Shown in pieces: positions 13,301 through 26,150 of a stretch of DNA of 64,000 nucleotides. The stretch covers positions 62,062,001 to 62,126,000 of the forward strand of contig NC_043002.1 in NCBI RefSeq assembly GCF_006345805.1. The letters are read 5' to 3'. The position numbers and the translations under genes are program-made. Each line of letters starts with the position of its first letter. The stretch's first letter is position 1. Source of the DNA: Octopus sinensis. Taxonomy: Eukaryota. The notes below the pieces were generated by a model. The model did not search any database. It was not told the origin of the DNA and saw only the letters and a list, made by a program, of their open reading frames with translations.

Positions 13301-15507
13301 ACAAAATACTGTACATTCTAGATAATGTAAAGCCCTTTCTAGTTGGTTTGTTAAGGTGGTCAATGCTTCAAGTTGTCTTCCGACTCTTGGCATAATGATT
13401 TTACTTTGTAATGCAACGAAATGTCAGAAACTTTTGATGGTTTAACAAAAGGCTTTCCAGCATTTAATCTCACTGCAGATCTCCACCTTCTTCCTCCTTC
13501 GGGGGATGACGCAAGAAAGACATTCCTGGGTATTATACCGATTTATGTATACCTGACCAAAATATCCGACTTTGTGTACGTCTTAGAAATCGATATTACA
13601 GGTTAGTAATTTCTTTATTTAGAGGGGAAGTGAGCATTTGAATCCAGCCCTTTGCTCCTTACGGAGTAATGTGGACTAATCTATATGTCGTCTCTACTCG
13701 AAGATTGAAATTTCATAGTACAGGCATTAATACCCTTCCCTTATCATAATCCACGGCATGCAATGAGCAAAATCTCAAACTCCTGGAATCACAAACATTT
13801 GGCAGTCTTTCGGTCCAGGTACAAATTTTGTCTACATCTTTGAAACATCATCACTTCCGTTGTCTCCAAGCTTCAGTGTGCACAACCAATGAGAAGTATA
13901 AGCGGAATTGGTCTAGATTTTTGATTGGCTTGGGTACAATGTCTGTCACTAACTATTTTTCATATGTGTTATCGGTAGGAATGGGGATGTTTAACTTTTT
14001 CACATTTCGTGATACCTACGTTCCATTGTCTTGTGATGTGATATTCGTGCGTGTGAAAATGTAACCTTTTTTGTCTCTTTTACAATATCCGTGATACAAA
14101 AAATACATCTAACAATAATGGCGTAGTGTCGAATTAGATGTGCTATATTTCTAGGTACACATGTAGGTAATATTGGGGCTCACAAACAGAATATGATCGC
14201 AATCAAGCCAGATTATATCAACTGATTAGTTGGAAGAGCTTGATGGCACAAGACACTCAATACATGTTGATTAGATGGGCCGAAAGGATAATTAGGCAAT
14301 GTCACATCATATGATTCCTTAATGTTAAGAGCTAATGAAGCAAATTATAGACAATTGACCTAAACCTGATGGTTCATAAAATTACGCAAACATCTGAATT
14401 GATGCATGTGCGTGCAAATCGTTGATAATTATAACTCAACGGAAATTCATCTGAGCTAACATTATAAATTACTGAGAAGATTTATTGTAACCACGAGGCT
14501 GTTTTCGGGCAATTAACTCCTATTCGGAGTGTAAATTGACAATAATGTTGATATTTGATTTACAAAGGAAGCTGAAAAGTGGAAAATATTGTTACAGTTA
14601 AAAGTTTCTGATTGATGAATCGAATCAAGGAACTGTCCGAAGATGATTTGATAAGGGACGAACATGAATATCGTGAAATGAAACGTTATGTGAATGTTTG
14701 CTCGTGCAGGTAATTCAACGAGAAAAAATAAAAACAAAATATATGAAGAATGGAACACATGTAACATACGCTTGAGTATATGGTCGTTTTGGTTTGTAAG
14801 GGTGTATTATCGTATGAGAATTTGAAATACACGTTAGGCGTAAAACGAACGAGCATGACAACCACGACAAAACGTACGAATATTAAAATTAACTCTGAGA
14901 TAAAATTATAAAGAGACAGGATTTATTAAACATGTCCAACAAGAAATCCTCGTTGTTCATGAAGACTGCATCAAAATTATCGAGGGTGTCTTCATCACCA
15001 ACATCATCACAATCCTAGCCAGTAACACCGACGACGTGCTTGTTGTCGTTGTCGTCCTCATAATCGTCGTCATCATCATCATCATCATTATCATCATCAT
15101 CATCATCATCACCATCATCGACAGGACTTGCATTACTACCACCAAAACCAATACGAGCAGAAGTACCGAAGCATCATGAGTACAACCAAAGCCAACACGA
15201 CAACGACTACCAGCACCACCACTATATATATATATATATATAAAAGCATAAATGCATCACCGTCAATAAATAATATTCATAGGTCTATTTGTTCAGTGAT
15301 ATATATTCTATTGCTGATCGCTCGATAGGAAATAACGACCATAGATTCATGAGCACATAAATATAATTTAAAACTGAAAATATATTTCATTTTATATTTT
15401 CTCGACACCAATTCCGTTTTGCTTATACATGTGTATGCGAATGCTTCAGTGCATGTGTGTGTGTGGATGTGTATTTATATGTTTCTTTACAAACATACAT
15501 ACATGTA

Positions 15508-15554
<47 letters not shown>

Positions 15555-15711
15555 GTGTGTGTGTGTGCGCACAGAAATGCACACAGGCACATATACATGC
15601 ATTCATATATGTATATATATATAAACATATTTATGTACATATGTATATTTATATACATGTAAATATGTATATATATTTATATACACATATATATATATAT
15701 TTATATATATA

Positions 15712-15764
<53 letters not shown>

Positions 15765-16009
15765 CACATTTATATACATGTATATGTACGTAAATGTGAA
15801 TATACTTTTTAATGCGAGCTTCCTGTACGAATAAATATTATAATTTCAATTGGCACAATTTTTCTAGAAACCTTTCAAAAAGTGAGAGATTTCCGAAATA
15901 TATTGTTTCACAATTTGCATGATTTAACAGCGGATTGTTATCTAAATGCTCTTACAATTATAAGCATTATAAATATATAAGTATTTTAGTCACATTCTGC
16001 ACTTTTATT

Positions 16010-17040
16010 CTGTCGGGGGTCGATAATTTAAGATTCTGTTGAGTACTGGGTCGATCTAATCGATTACCCCCAACCCCAAAAGTTCGGGCCTTGTGCCTAA
16101 AGTAGAAAACTAATTTTAGGGTAGCGTGTTGGCAGAAACGTTAGCATGCCGGGCGAAATGCTTATCGGTCTTCCGTCTGTCTTTAACTTCTGAGTTCAAA
16201 TTTCGCCGAGGTCGACTTTGCATTTCATCCTTTGGGGTTCGATACATTAATTTGCGTACTAGGGTCGATGTAATCGACTGGCCTTCTCCCCCAAAGAAGA
16301 TGCCTAAAGTAGAAAACGAATTTTAAGACGGTGAGATGGCAGAAACGTTAGCACGCCGGGCGAAATGCTTAGCGGTATTTCCTCTGACTTTTCGTTCTGT
16401 GTTCAAGTTAATCCGATGTCGACTTTGCCCTTCATCCTACCTAGGTCGATAAATTCAGTACCTGTGCGAACTGAGGTATATCTAATCGACTAGCCCTCTC
16501 CCCGGAAAATTTCGGGCCCTGTGCCTAGAGTAGAAAAAAATAATATATCGGAATATTATAATAAGTATAGACTTTTTCGTGGTTATTATCATGATCGTCC
16601 TTAATTAGACAACGCATATGTAATACCCTGTAGAAGTATATTTATACTTGCTTAAGGCGCCGAACCGGCAGAATCGTTAGCATTCGGGCAAAATGCTTAG
16701 CGGTATTTCGCCCCTGTTTACGTTCTGAGTCCAAATTCTATTTCAAATTTGCTTTTCATCTTCTTGGGGTCGATAATAGGAACCAGTTGAAAACTGGCGT
16801 CGATGTAATCGACTTTCCTCACTCGCCTCAAAGGTGCTGGTGATCTTGTAGAATCGTTAGAACGTCGGGCAAAATGCTTAGCGACATTTCGCCCCTCTTA
16901 CGTTCTGAGTTCAAATTCTGTCGAGGTCGATTTTGTCTTTAGTCATTTCAGGATCGATAAAATAAGTACCAGTTGTGCATGAAGTTGATGTAATTGACTT
17001 AATTTCTTCCTGAAAATTGTATGCCTTGTGACAAAATTTT
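16010..17040 (+). mobile_element. Cluster of about five head-to-tail SINE family A copies
   Basis: Repeated ggcagaaacgttagc...gttctgagttcaaatt...gtcgat...gtgcctagagtagaaa units at ~16015, 16118, 16325, 16653 and 16845. Confidence 0.85.
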
Positions 17041-17682
17041 GAAATAGTTTATTTGCTTCATTCTGTTAACTTACTTTCTTGACTATTTTTATGATTTGGA
17101 AAATCCACACGAACAGTGTAGAACGCAGCAATGAATACCCTAATATCATGATGAGCATAGAAAAACATATTACCAACATATATTAGGTAATATATCCTTC
17201 TATTTTAAAATCCGACAGGGGAGGAATATAAAGTTGACATTTCTCGTCAGTAAATGATACAAATTGAGTAATTTCTCGTTAGTTCTTCATAAGGCGATAA
17301 TCAATATTTGTGACTTGATAATTGTAATGTAAGCATTTTTTCAATTTTTTTTACCAGAATGGTTTGCAGGAACGCAATCTGTGTTTGACTTCTTGAGTTT
17401 TATTTCCATCAAATGCTAAACCGTTGACCAAATATCATGAGATTCTTCTGGAAAGACGCCATATCAGTTTTAGTAATATCAAAAGAAAATTTAGATAACT
17501 TATTTGAGAAAAGTATATATTACAGTTATAATATTTATAATATGTATTCAAATGTAGAATGGTATAAACCGTAACATTTTCAATCGGAGAATGTCGCCGA
17601 GAATGTCGGTAGAGGGCCAAAAACAGTTCCTCAACCCCCGACGGAGCGAAGACAATAAAAGCTTGATCTGATATAAAAATCT

Positions 17683-17914
17683 TATTTCTTTATTGCCCAC
17701 AAGGGACTAAACATAGAGGGGACAAACAAGAGCAGAAAAACTGATTAAGTCGATTACATCGACCCCAGTGCGTAACTTGTACTTAATTATCGACCCCGAA
17801 ATGATGAAAAGCAAAGCCGACCTCGGCGGAATTTCAACTCAGGACGTAGCGGCAGACGAAATACCGCTAAGCATTTTGTCCGGCGTGTTAATGCTTCTAC
17901 CAACTCACCGCTTT
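17683..17914 (-). mobile_element. SINE family A (part of the tRNA-SINE chimera)
   Basis: Reverse complement of aaagcggtgagttggtagaagcattaacacgccgg...gggcaataaagaaata. Confidence 0.85.
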
Positions 17915-17931
17915 CAAATAAAATTTAAGGG

Positions 17932-17937
17932 AAAAAA
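17932..17937 (-). terminator. Pol III T6 terminator in the tRNA-Trp trailer
   Basis: TTTTTT on the minus strand, 6 nt after the tRNA discriminator base. Confidence 0.55.
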
Positions 17938-17943
17938 GTATTA

Positions 17944-18015
17944 TGACCCCGACGTGATTCGAACACGCAGCCTTCTGATCTGGAGTCAGACGCGCTACCG
18001 TTGCGCCACAGAGAT
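17944..18015 (-). tRNA. tRNA-Trp(CCA) copy with defective first acceptor-stem base pairs (probable retrocopy/pseudogene)
   Basis: Minus strand atctctgTGGCGCAACGGTAGCGCGTCTGACTCCAGATCAGAAGGCTGCGTGTTCGAATCACGTCGGGGTCA. D, anticodon (CCA) and T arms are canonical. The first two acceptor pairs (a/c, t/t) are mismatched because these bases fall in the flanking TSD. Confidence 0.85.
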
Positions 18016-19998
18016 ATAAAAATCTGCAAATGTAGCCCCTGATTGATTTGTGTGTGAACTAGTAAGTCTAGAATAATATTAAATTAGTATTAGCGATTCA
18101 GTCAACTACCTTAGATTGAAATACCGATTTGTATAACATTTATATGTAGACAAACGAGGAACTGCGCAAGATGTATTATTTTCTCTCATACAAAAATTTT
18201 ATTGAGACGATAGTTTTGAATAGTAAACAAGAAAAGCTCAACATCTTCTTCGACTTCATCAACACATTGCATCATGCTCTAGAATAGAAACCACAACCAC
18301 ATCTCTCGTAAATTTGTCACATTTTCCCACTCCCTACAGACTCGTTTTAGTTCCAATTGTGTCTCACAGGCTCTTTTATTCACACTCACCAATTTCCCTT
18401 CTTCGTATATCCTCATAGCACATATACGCTCTCTTGCTCCTAATTCTTCGATAGCAGAGAAATGTGTTTCCATGACTATGACTTTGAGATTTCACACGAC
18501 GGGGCTTCCCCATAACATTTCTTGACACCTCCTACATCCATGCCCATACGTCGGCCGGAATTTCCTCACACCATGACCCAATGACCCAAGTTTCCTCTCT
18601 ACACTCTGGCTATATTCATCTTGAGTAGACAGCATACCTCACATCCGTTTCGTGTATTAATGTTTCGCTACTTCCCACCATTGTGAGAACACTCCCTTGT
18701 ACTCTGCGGCTACTCTTCTTTATTAATCCCAGGTACAACCATCCTAATATTGCCTAACAATAATCTTCATGTGTAAGCCAGCGATTCAAATGTACGACCA
18801 ATTATATTAACTATTGAACAAAAGGCCAACTCTTTTGATAACTGTTCACAGGAGTTACTGGTCTGAATCATGCTTCTCATGGTAGAGAACGTTGGTAACA
18901 TAAAGTGATAAGGTTACAACATATTTGAAGCGGTAAGTAAAATAAAATGTAGTTGAAGATGTAATAGCTCTAAGTATGATAGCATAAACAATTAACTAAA
19001 ATATGATTTTGCTGTGTAGATATATCTATAACAGACAATCACGGGGACTCTTTTTAATAAGGTTCAATATATATCGTTTCATTTGCTATGGAGTTTTGCT
19101 ACATATATTACATGCTCCAACGCAATCTGGCACACATGTATCATCAGCTTGTGAAACCTGTTACAAGAATTTATGAGAAATAAACTGCCATATATGACAG
19201 ACTCACATTGAAACACCTACTTCATCAGACGTATAATTTACGGAATGTTATCACCAATGTACAAAGTAAGGTAAGCATTCATTATCTTATCCATTTGCTT
19301 TACAGAATGGACATAATCAATTTCCTGTACGTTTGCACACTCACAACAGTGGAATATGCGAGATTACATGAATGATTATCATAACAAATAATAGAATTTA
19401 TCAACATGAAATATGTACTTTGAAAGTGTAAATTAAGTTTAGGAATATACTCAACAACATGAAAGAAGTACTATACACTAGATAGCAGTAGACCAATACT
19501 GCAAGAGAAACGGAGAAAATATAACAAAATATTGAACGTAATGAATGCATAATATACAATAACGAATCGATGTGATAATAATGTGAACGGAAACTTGTCT
19601 CAGTAAGATCAAGTTATTGGACCACTAACGTATCGTGTTTTTGCTAATAATATATAAATCACATTATGGGATTTATTTGTATTAATGATATCACAATAAT
19701 TGCTTTCGAGTAATAATAGCTAAGGCCTGACCGACAGTGAAGTCGGTCCTTATTAGCAGTCCATAATTGATGGTATCAATGAATAAAATAATAAATTGAT
19801 CGTTGATTACATATATATAAAAGCTTGAATTATGTATCACATGATTGGTATGTCATTAAAAAAAAGTGAAGATATTTCAGGCATTTACCACCTTAAATAT
19901 AATTGGCCTAGATACCCACAACTATTGGTCACAGAGGAAATGTGAAGAGCCACATAGAATAAGGGACCAATAGGAATATATGAAAAATACTAGTAATT

Positions 19999-20299
19999 GT
20001 TGTAATTCGGGACGGTCATTTCTTTGCCAAATAAACACACGCACAATATATTTTTATCTTCACTCGTTTAGTAAAGTTATTATTTTATTATTTTAACTCG
20101 GTTCCATTGTCCGGAAATCTTTCGTCATACATCTGTGACCTCTTCAGACAACACTTTCCGTTTTTGGGTGTGTTCCTGCTCTACTTGTTCCAGTCTGTTA
20201 TTCTATTAATGATATAAGAACAGTAATAAACAAGTGAAGAACGAATATATAGCGCCTGTGTTTATTTGGCAAAAAAAAATGATCATCCCGAAATACAAC
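19999..20299. mobile_element. ~300-bp element with ~70-bp imperfect terminal inverted repeats and an internal hammerhead-like core
   Basis: gggacggtcatttctttgccaaataaacac... pairs with ...gtgtttatttggcaaaaaaaaaatgatcatccc. Minus strand 20107-20152 reads CTGAAGA-g-gtca(cagatgta)tgac-GAAAGATTTC. Confidence 0.6.
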
Positions 20300-20439
20300 G
20301 ATATCGGCTTCAAATCACGATTTCTCATCAGAGATCTTGCAACACAAATCGATAAACGTAATTAGTAATTAATTTTGTTTGTAGCATTGCCATCTCAAAC
20401 AGCATTGACATATTATTTCAAACACTAGGCACGTTCCAC

Positions 20440-20850
20440 AATTCATCAATATTGGTTGGAAATTTCGAAGAAGGGGATAAGTCCATGACATCGACTGCAG
20501 TACTAAACAGGAGCTTATGTTATCGATTCCCAAAAGGATGAAAGGCAAAGTAGACACTGGCAACATTTGAGTTTATAAAGTAATGTCGCAGGAAATGCCG
20601 CTAAACATTTTATCCTATCCGACACACAAGCTATCAATATTGGTTTCAAATGCTGACACAAGGGCAGTATTTTGGTGGCGTCAGTCAATTTCATCGACCT
20701 TACTACTCACATGGTACTTATTTTATCAACCCCAGAAGTTTGAAAGGTGAAGTCGACCTTGGCGGAATTTGAACTCAGAAAGAAGAGAAGGACGATATGC
20801 CGCTAAGCGTTTACCCGACGTGCTAACGATTCTGACAATTCTCCACCTTA
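20440..20850 (-). mobile_element. Two diverged SINE family A fragments
   Basis: ggatgaaaggcaaagtagac and gtcgaccttggcggaatttgaactcagaa motifs. Confidence 0.75.
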
Positions 20851-21519
20851 GACGTCATGAATATTAAAACATTGAAAACATGATTTTCAATATTCTTCCA
20901 CGGCATTCCTTAAGCTCGACTGTTTTTCTCGATTTAAATATTTCATCTTGAATATTATCGTTATCGCTAACATTGGAGTCGCGTGTTGATCTTGAATAAT
21001 TGTATGCATTTTATTACTCTCGATTGTTTTAGTGAACTTTGGTTATTCATTTTCCTTTCAATACATTTCTGCATTCTTTCTCAGATGTAACTAAACATAC
21101 TCGAACGAGAACGCGAAGAGTGAAAGGCAAATATGACTTGATCTGGTATTGAACTCACAATCGCAGGATGATTTGTCTGATTCTGCACCATTTATATCAA
21201 ATTAATAATAATTTCTAATATTGGTACGCAGCCACTCCTTTGAGAGAGTCTATTACATCGATAATTGCCGACCAAATTAGAATTCTCATCTAGAATTGGT
21301 CACAGGAACATAAAGAGACAAAAATAAAACTAAACACCACCGTGGTTCCATCCAAAGTTCTAACGATTCGCTCACGTATCGCAATTAATTATAATAGTAA
21401 TTGTTCCGCATTTAGGCACAATGCCGGCGCTTTTCAGCGAAGGGGATTAGGCAATATCATCGAACCCAGTAATTGACTGATAATATATTTCATCGACATT
21501 GCAAAGATGAAAGGCAAAA

Positions 21520-21602
<83 letters not shown>

Positions 21603-21637
21603 ATAATAATAATAATATAATAATAATAATAATAATG

Positions 21638-21673
<36 letters not shown>

Positions 21674-21806
21674 TATAATAATAATAATAATAATAATAAC
21701 AACTGTGATGAATGATGATGATAATGATGATTGTGGTGTTGGTGGTGATGATGATGATGGTGGTGGTGGTGGTGGCGGTGGTGGTGGTGATGATCATGAT
21801 GATAAT

Positions 21807-22350
21807 TGCCCTGATGCAGTACCAGGCAGTGGCTCTCGTGGCTTTTGATCTTAACTGATTTCAAGTATTATGATGTACTTGTTTTCTCTTGGTGTAAAAG
21901 ATGGGTTACAGCTAATAGTCTGCACAATATCACAGATTTGCATGCCAGTTACTTGATCTTAAGCAGTTGAGCATGTCCCTTAGTGGTTGACGATGCGTGC
22001 ATCACTGATTACGTGAAGAACTGGTGGGGGAGAATCATGGCCATGTGTCAAGAGGAATTCGTTGGGGTTTGAATAATTCAACCCTGGAAACATGGGTGTA
22101 TCGTTCAACAACCTTAACGAACCCATATTCGGGGACCTTTTGAGCGAGATGGGCTACTCAACTTCAAGAAAATTCTAACTGGGCCTCACCTGGTATTTAT
22201 CTGGAGACAGTATCACCATATCACGCACATATTTTTATAACGTATAAGCCTGGCAAACCCTTTTCAGGGGAGTAGTCATGATGGGTATTTTGGGCTTCGT
22301 ATTTTTTTTTACCCAATTTCACTTTGATAGCATACTCTCTTCTCTGAATC
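21807..22350 (-). mobile_element. Family D repeat, full-length and diverged
   Basis: Begins tgccctgatgcagtaccaggcagtggctctc, the reverse complement of the 3' end of copy 1; flanked by triplet repeats. Confidence 0.8.
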
Positions 22351-22460
22351 AATAATAATAATAATACTAATAATAATGATGATGATGATAAATGCTATAG
22401 GTAGAACGATGGTGGTAATGATAATCACTGTGGTTATGGATGGGACACACTGCAAGCACA

Positions 22461-22561
<101 letters not shown>

Positions 22562-24149
22562 ACATACGTGAACACGTATATACGAATAAAGAGAACAAAC
22601 TGAAGTAAAGAACACAATATCAGCAATATCGAAACATTAATTTCGTGTAGCGGCCAAGGTATTTAGTTATTGAAGGCATTGCAATGACAAAATAGAAATT
22701 TAAATGGATTCAAAGCGATAAATGAAATGTTGATAAAGGTAAAAATACATCATTTAAAATGTCAACGAGACAAAAGTAAACTCTCACATCGGGCTCCAGT
22801 GTGTGGTGATTATTTTCTAGGTTTATAGTGAGAATTCCGCACTACGACTCGAACAAATTTGTCAGGTGCCATGTCTGAACATGTCCTTTCCCAGTATCTT
22901 ACTGCTCTTAGTAAAAGTATATCTATTGTAGAATCAATGTCCCTATTTACCGCTCTTGATCAGCTCTCTTTAAAGACAATAAAAGTCAGAAAACGATTCT
23001 CCCTTTCATCTCCGTCATATTCAAAGGTGATTTTGGGAGCTTAGCGAAAGGGAAAGATGCCACGCGTCGAATTTTCAGGTGAAATCTTCATAGACCTTCG
23101 TGCCTTAGCCACAAGAAAATGGCGATGTCTAGTCAACTTTCGCTACAGCCTCGAGTGATAAGCATATTCGTAAATCCTGCAAGCGAATTTGTTTAAAACA
23201 ACTCACAAATATACAATGCACGAGCTCTGAAGTATAGCGAATGATTTCATTGGACTGTTTATATCTTTGGTAACTTCGGCTTTTGGCACTACCATGCATT
23301 TCAAATTTAATTGAATGGAAACTGTATATTTATCGCATGAGGTTATATATTTAAATATACTAACAATTCGTATATTAAATACTTTTATAATAATATATTA
23401 TATATATATATATATATATATAGATACATATTTATATCTACATATTTTGGTGTCTAACTGCTTGCATTTATGATGTAAATAGCATTGCATATGTTTGTGC
23501 ATATGTTTACATAATTGTTTACAAGAAAAGCAACGTTTAAGAAAACTCTGTAGACTTGTGTTGGTTCATGTTAACATTATTTTGCATGTATGCCTACAAA
23601 TATTCTTTTTTTAAATTTGAATAATTACATAATTTGTAAGAATTCAATTGAAATTTATAACAGAATATATAAACCTATTAATTTTTAAATATTGAAAATT
23701 CAGAATTATACTAAAGCACACATATACTACTAAATATCATAAATAAATATCCGTAGTATTAGATACACGACTTAAAATGTTGTTTACTCTCCACGTTTGA
23801 ACTAATATATTTCAGTTCATATTTTGTTGATGCTTCACTTCTATATTTGAAATATGTAATTATCGTGTTAAATTAAGTTATAATGTGAAATATATATATA
23901 ATAAACGAAGACGTAAATCTCTAGAGTTGCTTCATATGTAACAGAAAATACATTTTAAAAATATATGGAACAAATATAATGGAAAATACAATGCAGTCCG
24001 AAAACTATTGATATATATGCACAGAAATACTTATAATCGTACAGACATGCGTATGCACACATACTTAAACACAAACGTTCGTATATACACGTAAAAGCAA
24101 ATCTCAGCATATGTATAGATCTGTGTTTGAGTGCTCAAATATATGTGTA

Positions 24150-24185
<36 letters not shown>

Positions 24186-24529
24186 TCACTCTCTCCACAA
24201 CCCCCACTCTACCCCAAGCCCCAGCCGAACCCACACACGCACATGGGCTTTCCCCACCTCCCACCACACTACACTACACTATACCATACAACATTACACA
24301 TCACGTCATACATACATACATACGTCCAGACCTTTCATACGCACATACATACTCTCTCATACACACACGCACCCTTATGTTGGGTCGAGATCATTTAACC
24401 TTGTTATCTCCCCTAAAAACCCTCTTGCGTCTAACGTCGGATCTCTGACTTCTGGCCGAAATCAGACCGCCATGTTGATTCGTTAGCTAATATATTATGT
24501 AGGATATTATATATAATATATATATATAA

Positions 24530-24573
<44 letters not shown>

Positions 24574-24575
24574 AT

Positions 24576-24622
<47 letters not shown>

Positions 24623-25084
24623 CATGTATATAATATATGTTGTTGTGCCTAGGGTGAGTCATTATGCCAGCATTATCAACACACTCACTGGTTCAATTCC
24701 ACTCCATTATTATTAGTCAATTGTTTAAATATCGAACTAACTAATCGATTGTTTACTTAGTTTCTTAAAAGTAAATATTTTGTCTTGATTTTGTTTGGCA
24801 AAGCTCATTCGTTGCTACTTGCAACATTTTCAATGACTTTTAAATTCGTCCGGTATGGGGGGCCGCGTCTGTCTGATTGAGAACCTCCCTTGACACAACA
24901 ATACAACAAAATTTGCTTCAACACTTGAAACTTGAATTGACATAAAGAATCTTACAAACCCGATAGAAAAACGGAGTGTATATACATACATACATACACA
25001 CATACATACATACATACATACATACATACATACATACATACATACATACACGCATACATACAAAAAAATAAATAAATACACACA

Positions 25085-25137
<53 letters not shown>

Positions 25138-25546
25138 GGGTTTGTATGATTGTGTATAGAGGGATACATATTTGTGTATAGGGGGATACAAATTCCAACT
25201 CTGTTTTTTATGTTGTAGTTATATTCTTTATAATATTAATGTAGAATATAGAATATATAGTATAAATAATATATATATATAGTTAAAATGAATAGATGAA
25301 ATATTGAATATAAAATATTAAGGGACTAGTATACGTACTAGCATTATAGCAGTTTTCAAGGTCCCAGGTTGTGATATATATATATATATATATTATCGCG
25401 GGATATATGAGTTTATACGAGAGTGCAGTTCAAAAGAACATGTACAAATTTCTCAAATCATATACACGCAGGGTTCTCGTATACACGGTTCATTGAGACT
25501 GCTTGTGGCAGAAGGTCAAATTTTGCTAGCCTTATATATATATATG

Positions 25547-25661
<115 letters not shown>

Positions 25662-25883
25662 TAATAGTAATAATATGACAACAAAAGAAATGAGAATTTA
25701 TCTGTAATATATGTGACGATTATTCAGTTGCCATAATATAACTCTGAAAGATAATTGTCAGTTCATAACAGCTGTTTCTGGTACATGTTTTTAATAAAAT
25801 AATTAGAAAATTACTACATTACAAAAAGTAGTAATCATCAGATTAATCGTAATTTTACAAACAAAAGAATACCTGAAGAGTAT

Positions 25884-26150
25884 AGCAGTTTCGATTCCTA
25901 GACCGGGCATTGTGTGTGTTTATTGAGCGAAAACACCTAAAGCTCTGCGAGGTTCCGGCGGGGGTTGGGTGGGTGGCGACCCCTGTTGTACACTTTCACC
26001 CCAACTTTCTCTCACTCTTTCTTCCTGTTTCTTGAGTAACGCTGCGATAGATTGCCATCCTGTCAAGCCGAGGAAAACACATGTCATAGAAACCGGGAAA
26101 CCGGGCTCATGAGCCTGGCTAGGCTTGAAAAGGGCACATAAATAAATAAA
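25884..26150 (+). mobile_element. tRNA-derived SINE (family E), 5'-degraded, with (AAAT)n tail
   Basis: B-box-like gtttcgattcc, body tttattgagcgaaaacacctaaagct, tail aagggcacataaataaataaa. Confidence 0.7.

Noticed and set aside
16010-17040. CRISPR-like or satellite interpretation of the regularly spaced repeats
   Set aside because: The units are ~200-bp diverged SINE copies in eukaryotic DNA, with no short identical repeats or unique spacers.
17944-18015. Functional tRNA-Trp gene
   Set aside because: The first acceptor-stem pairs are mismatched and overlap a TSD, so it is treated as a probable retrocopy.
18279-18860. Possible L1/Tx1 3' ORF remnant on the minus strand
   Set aside because: Only vague similarity (C..C motif, charged tail); I cannot anchor it to conserved residues by eye.
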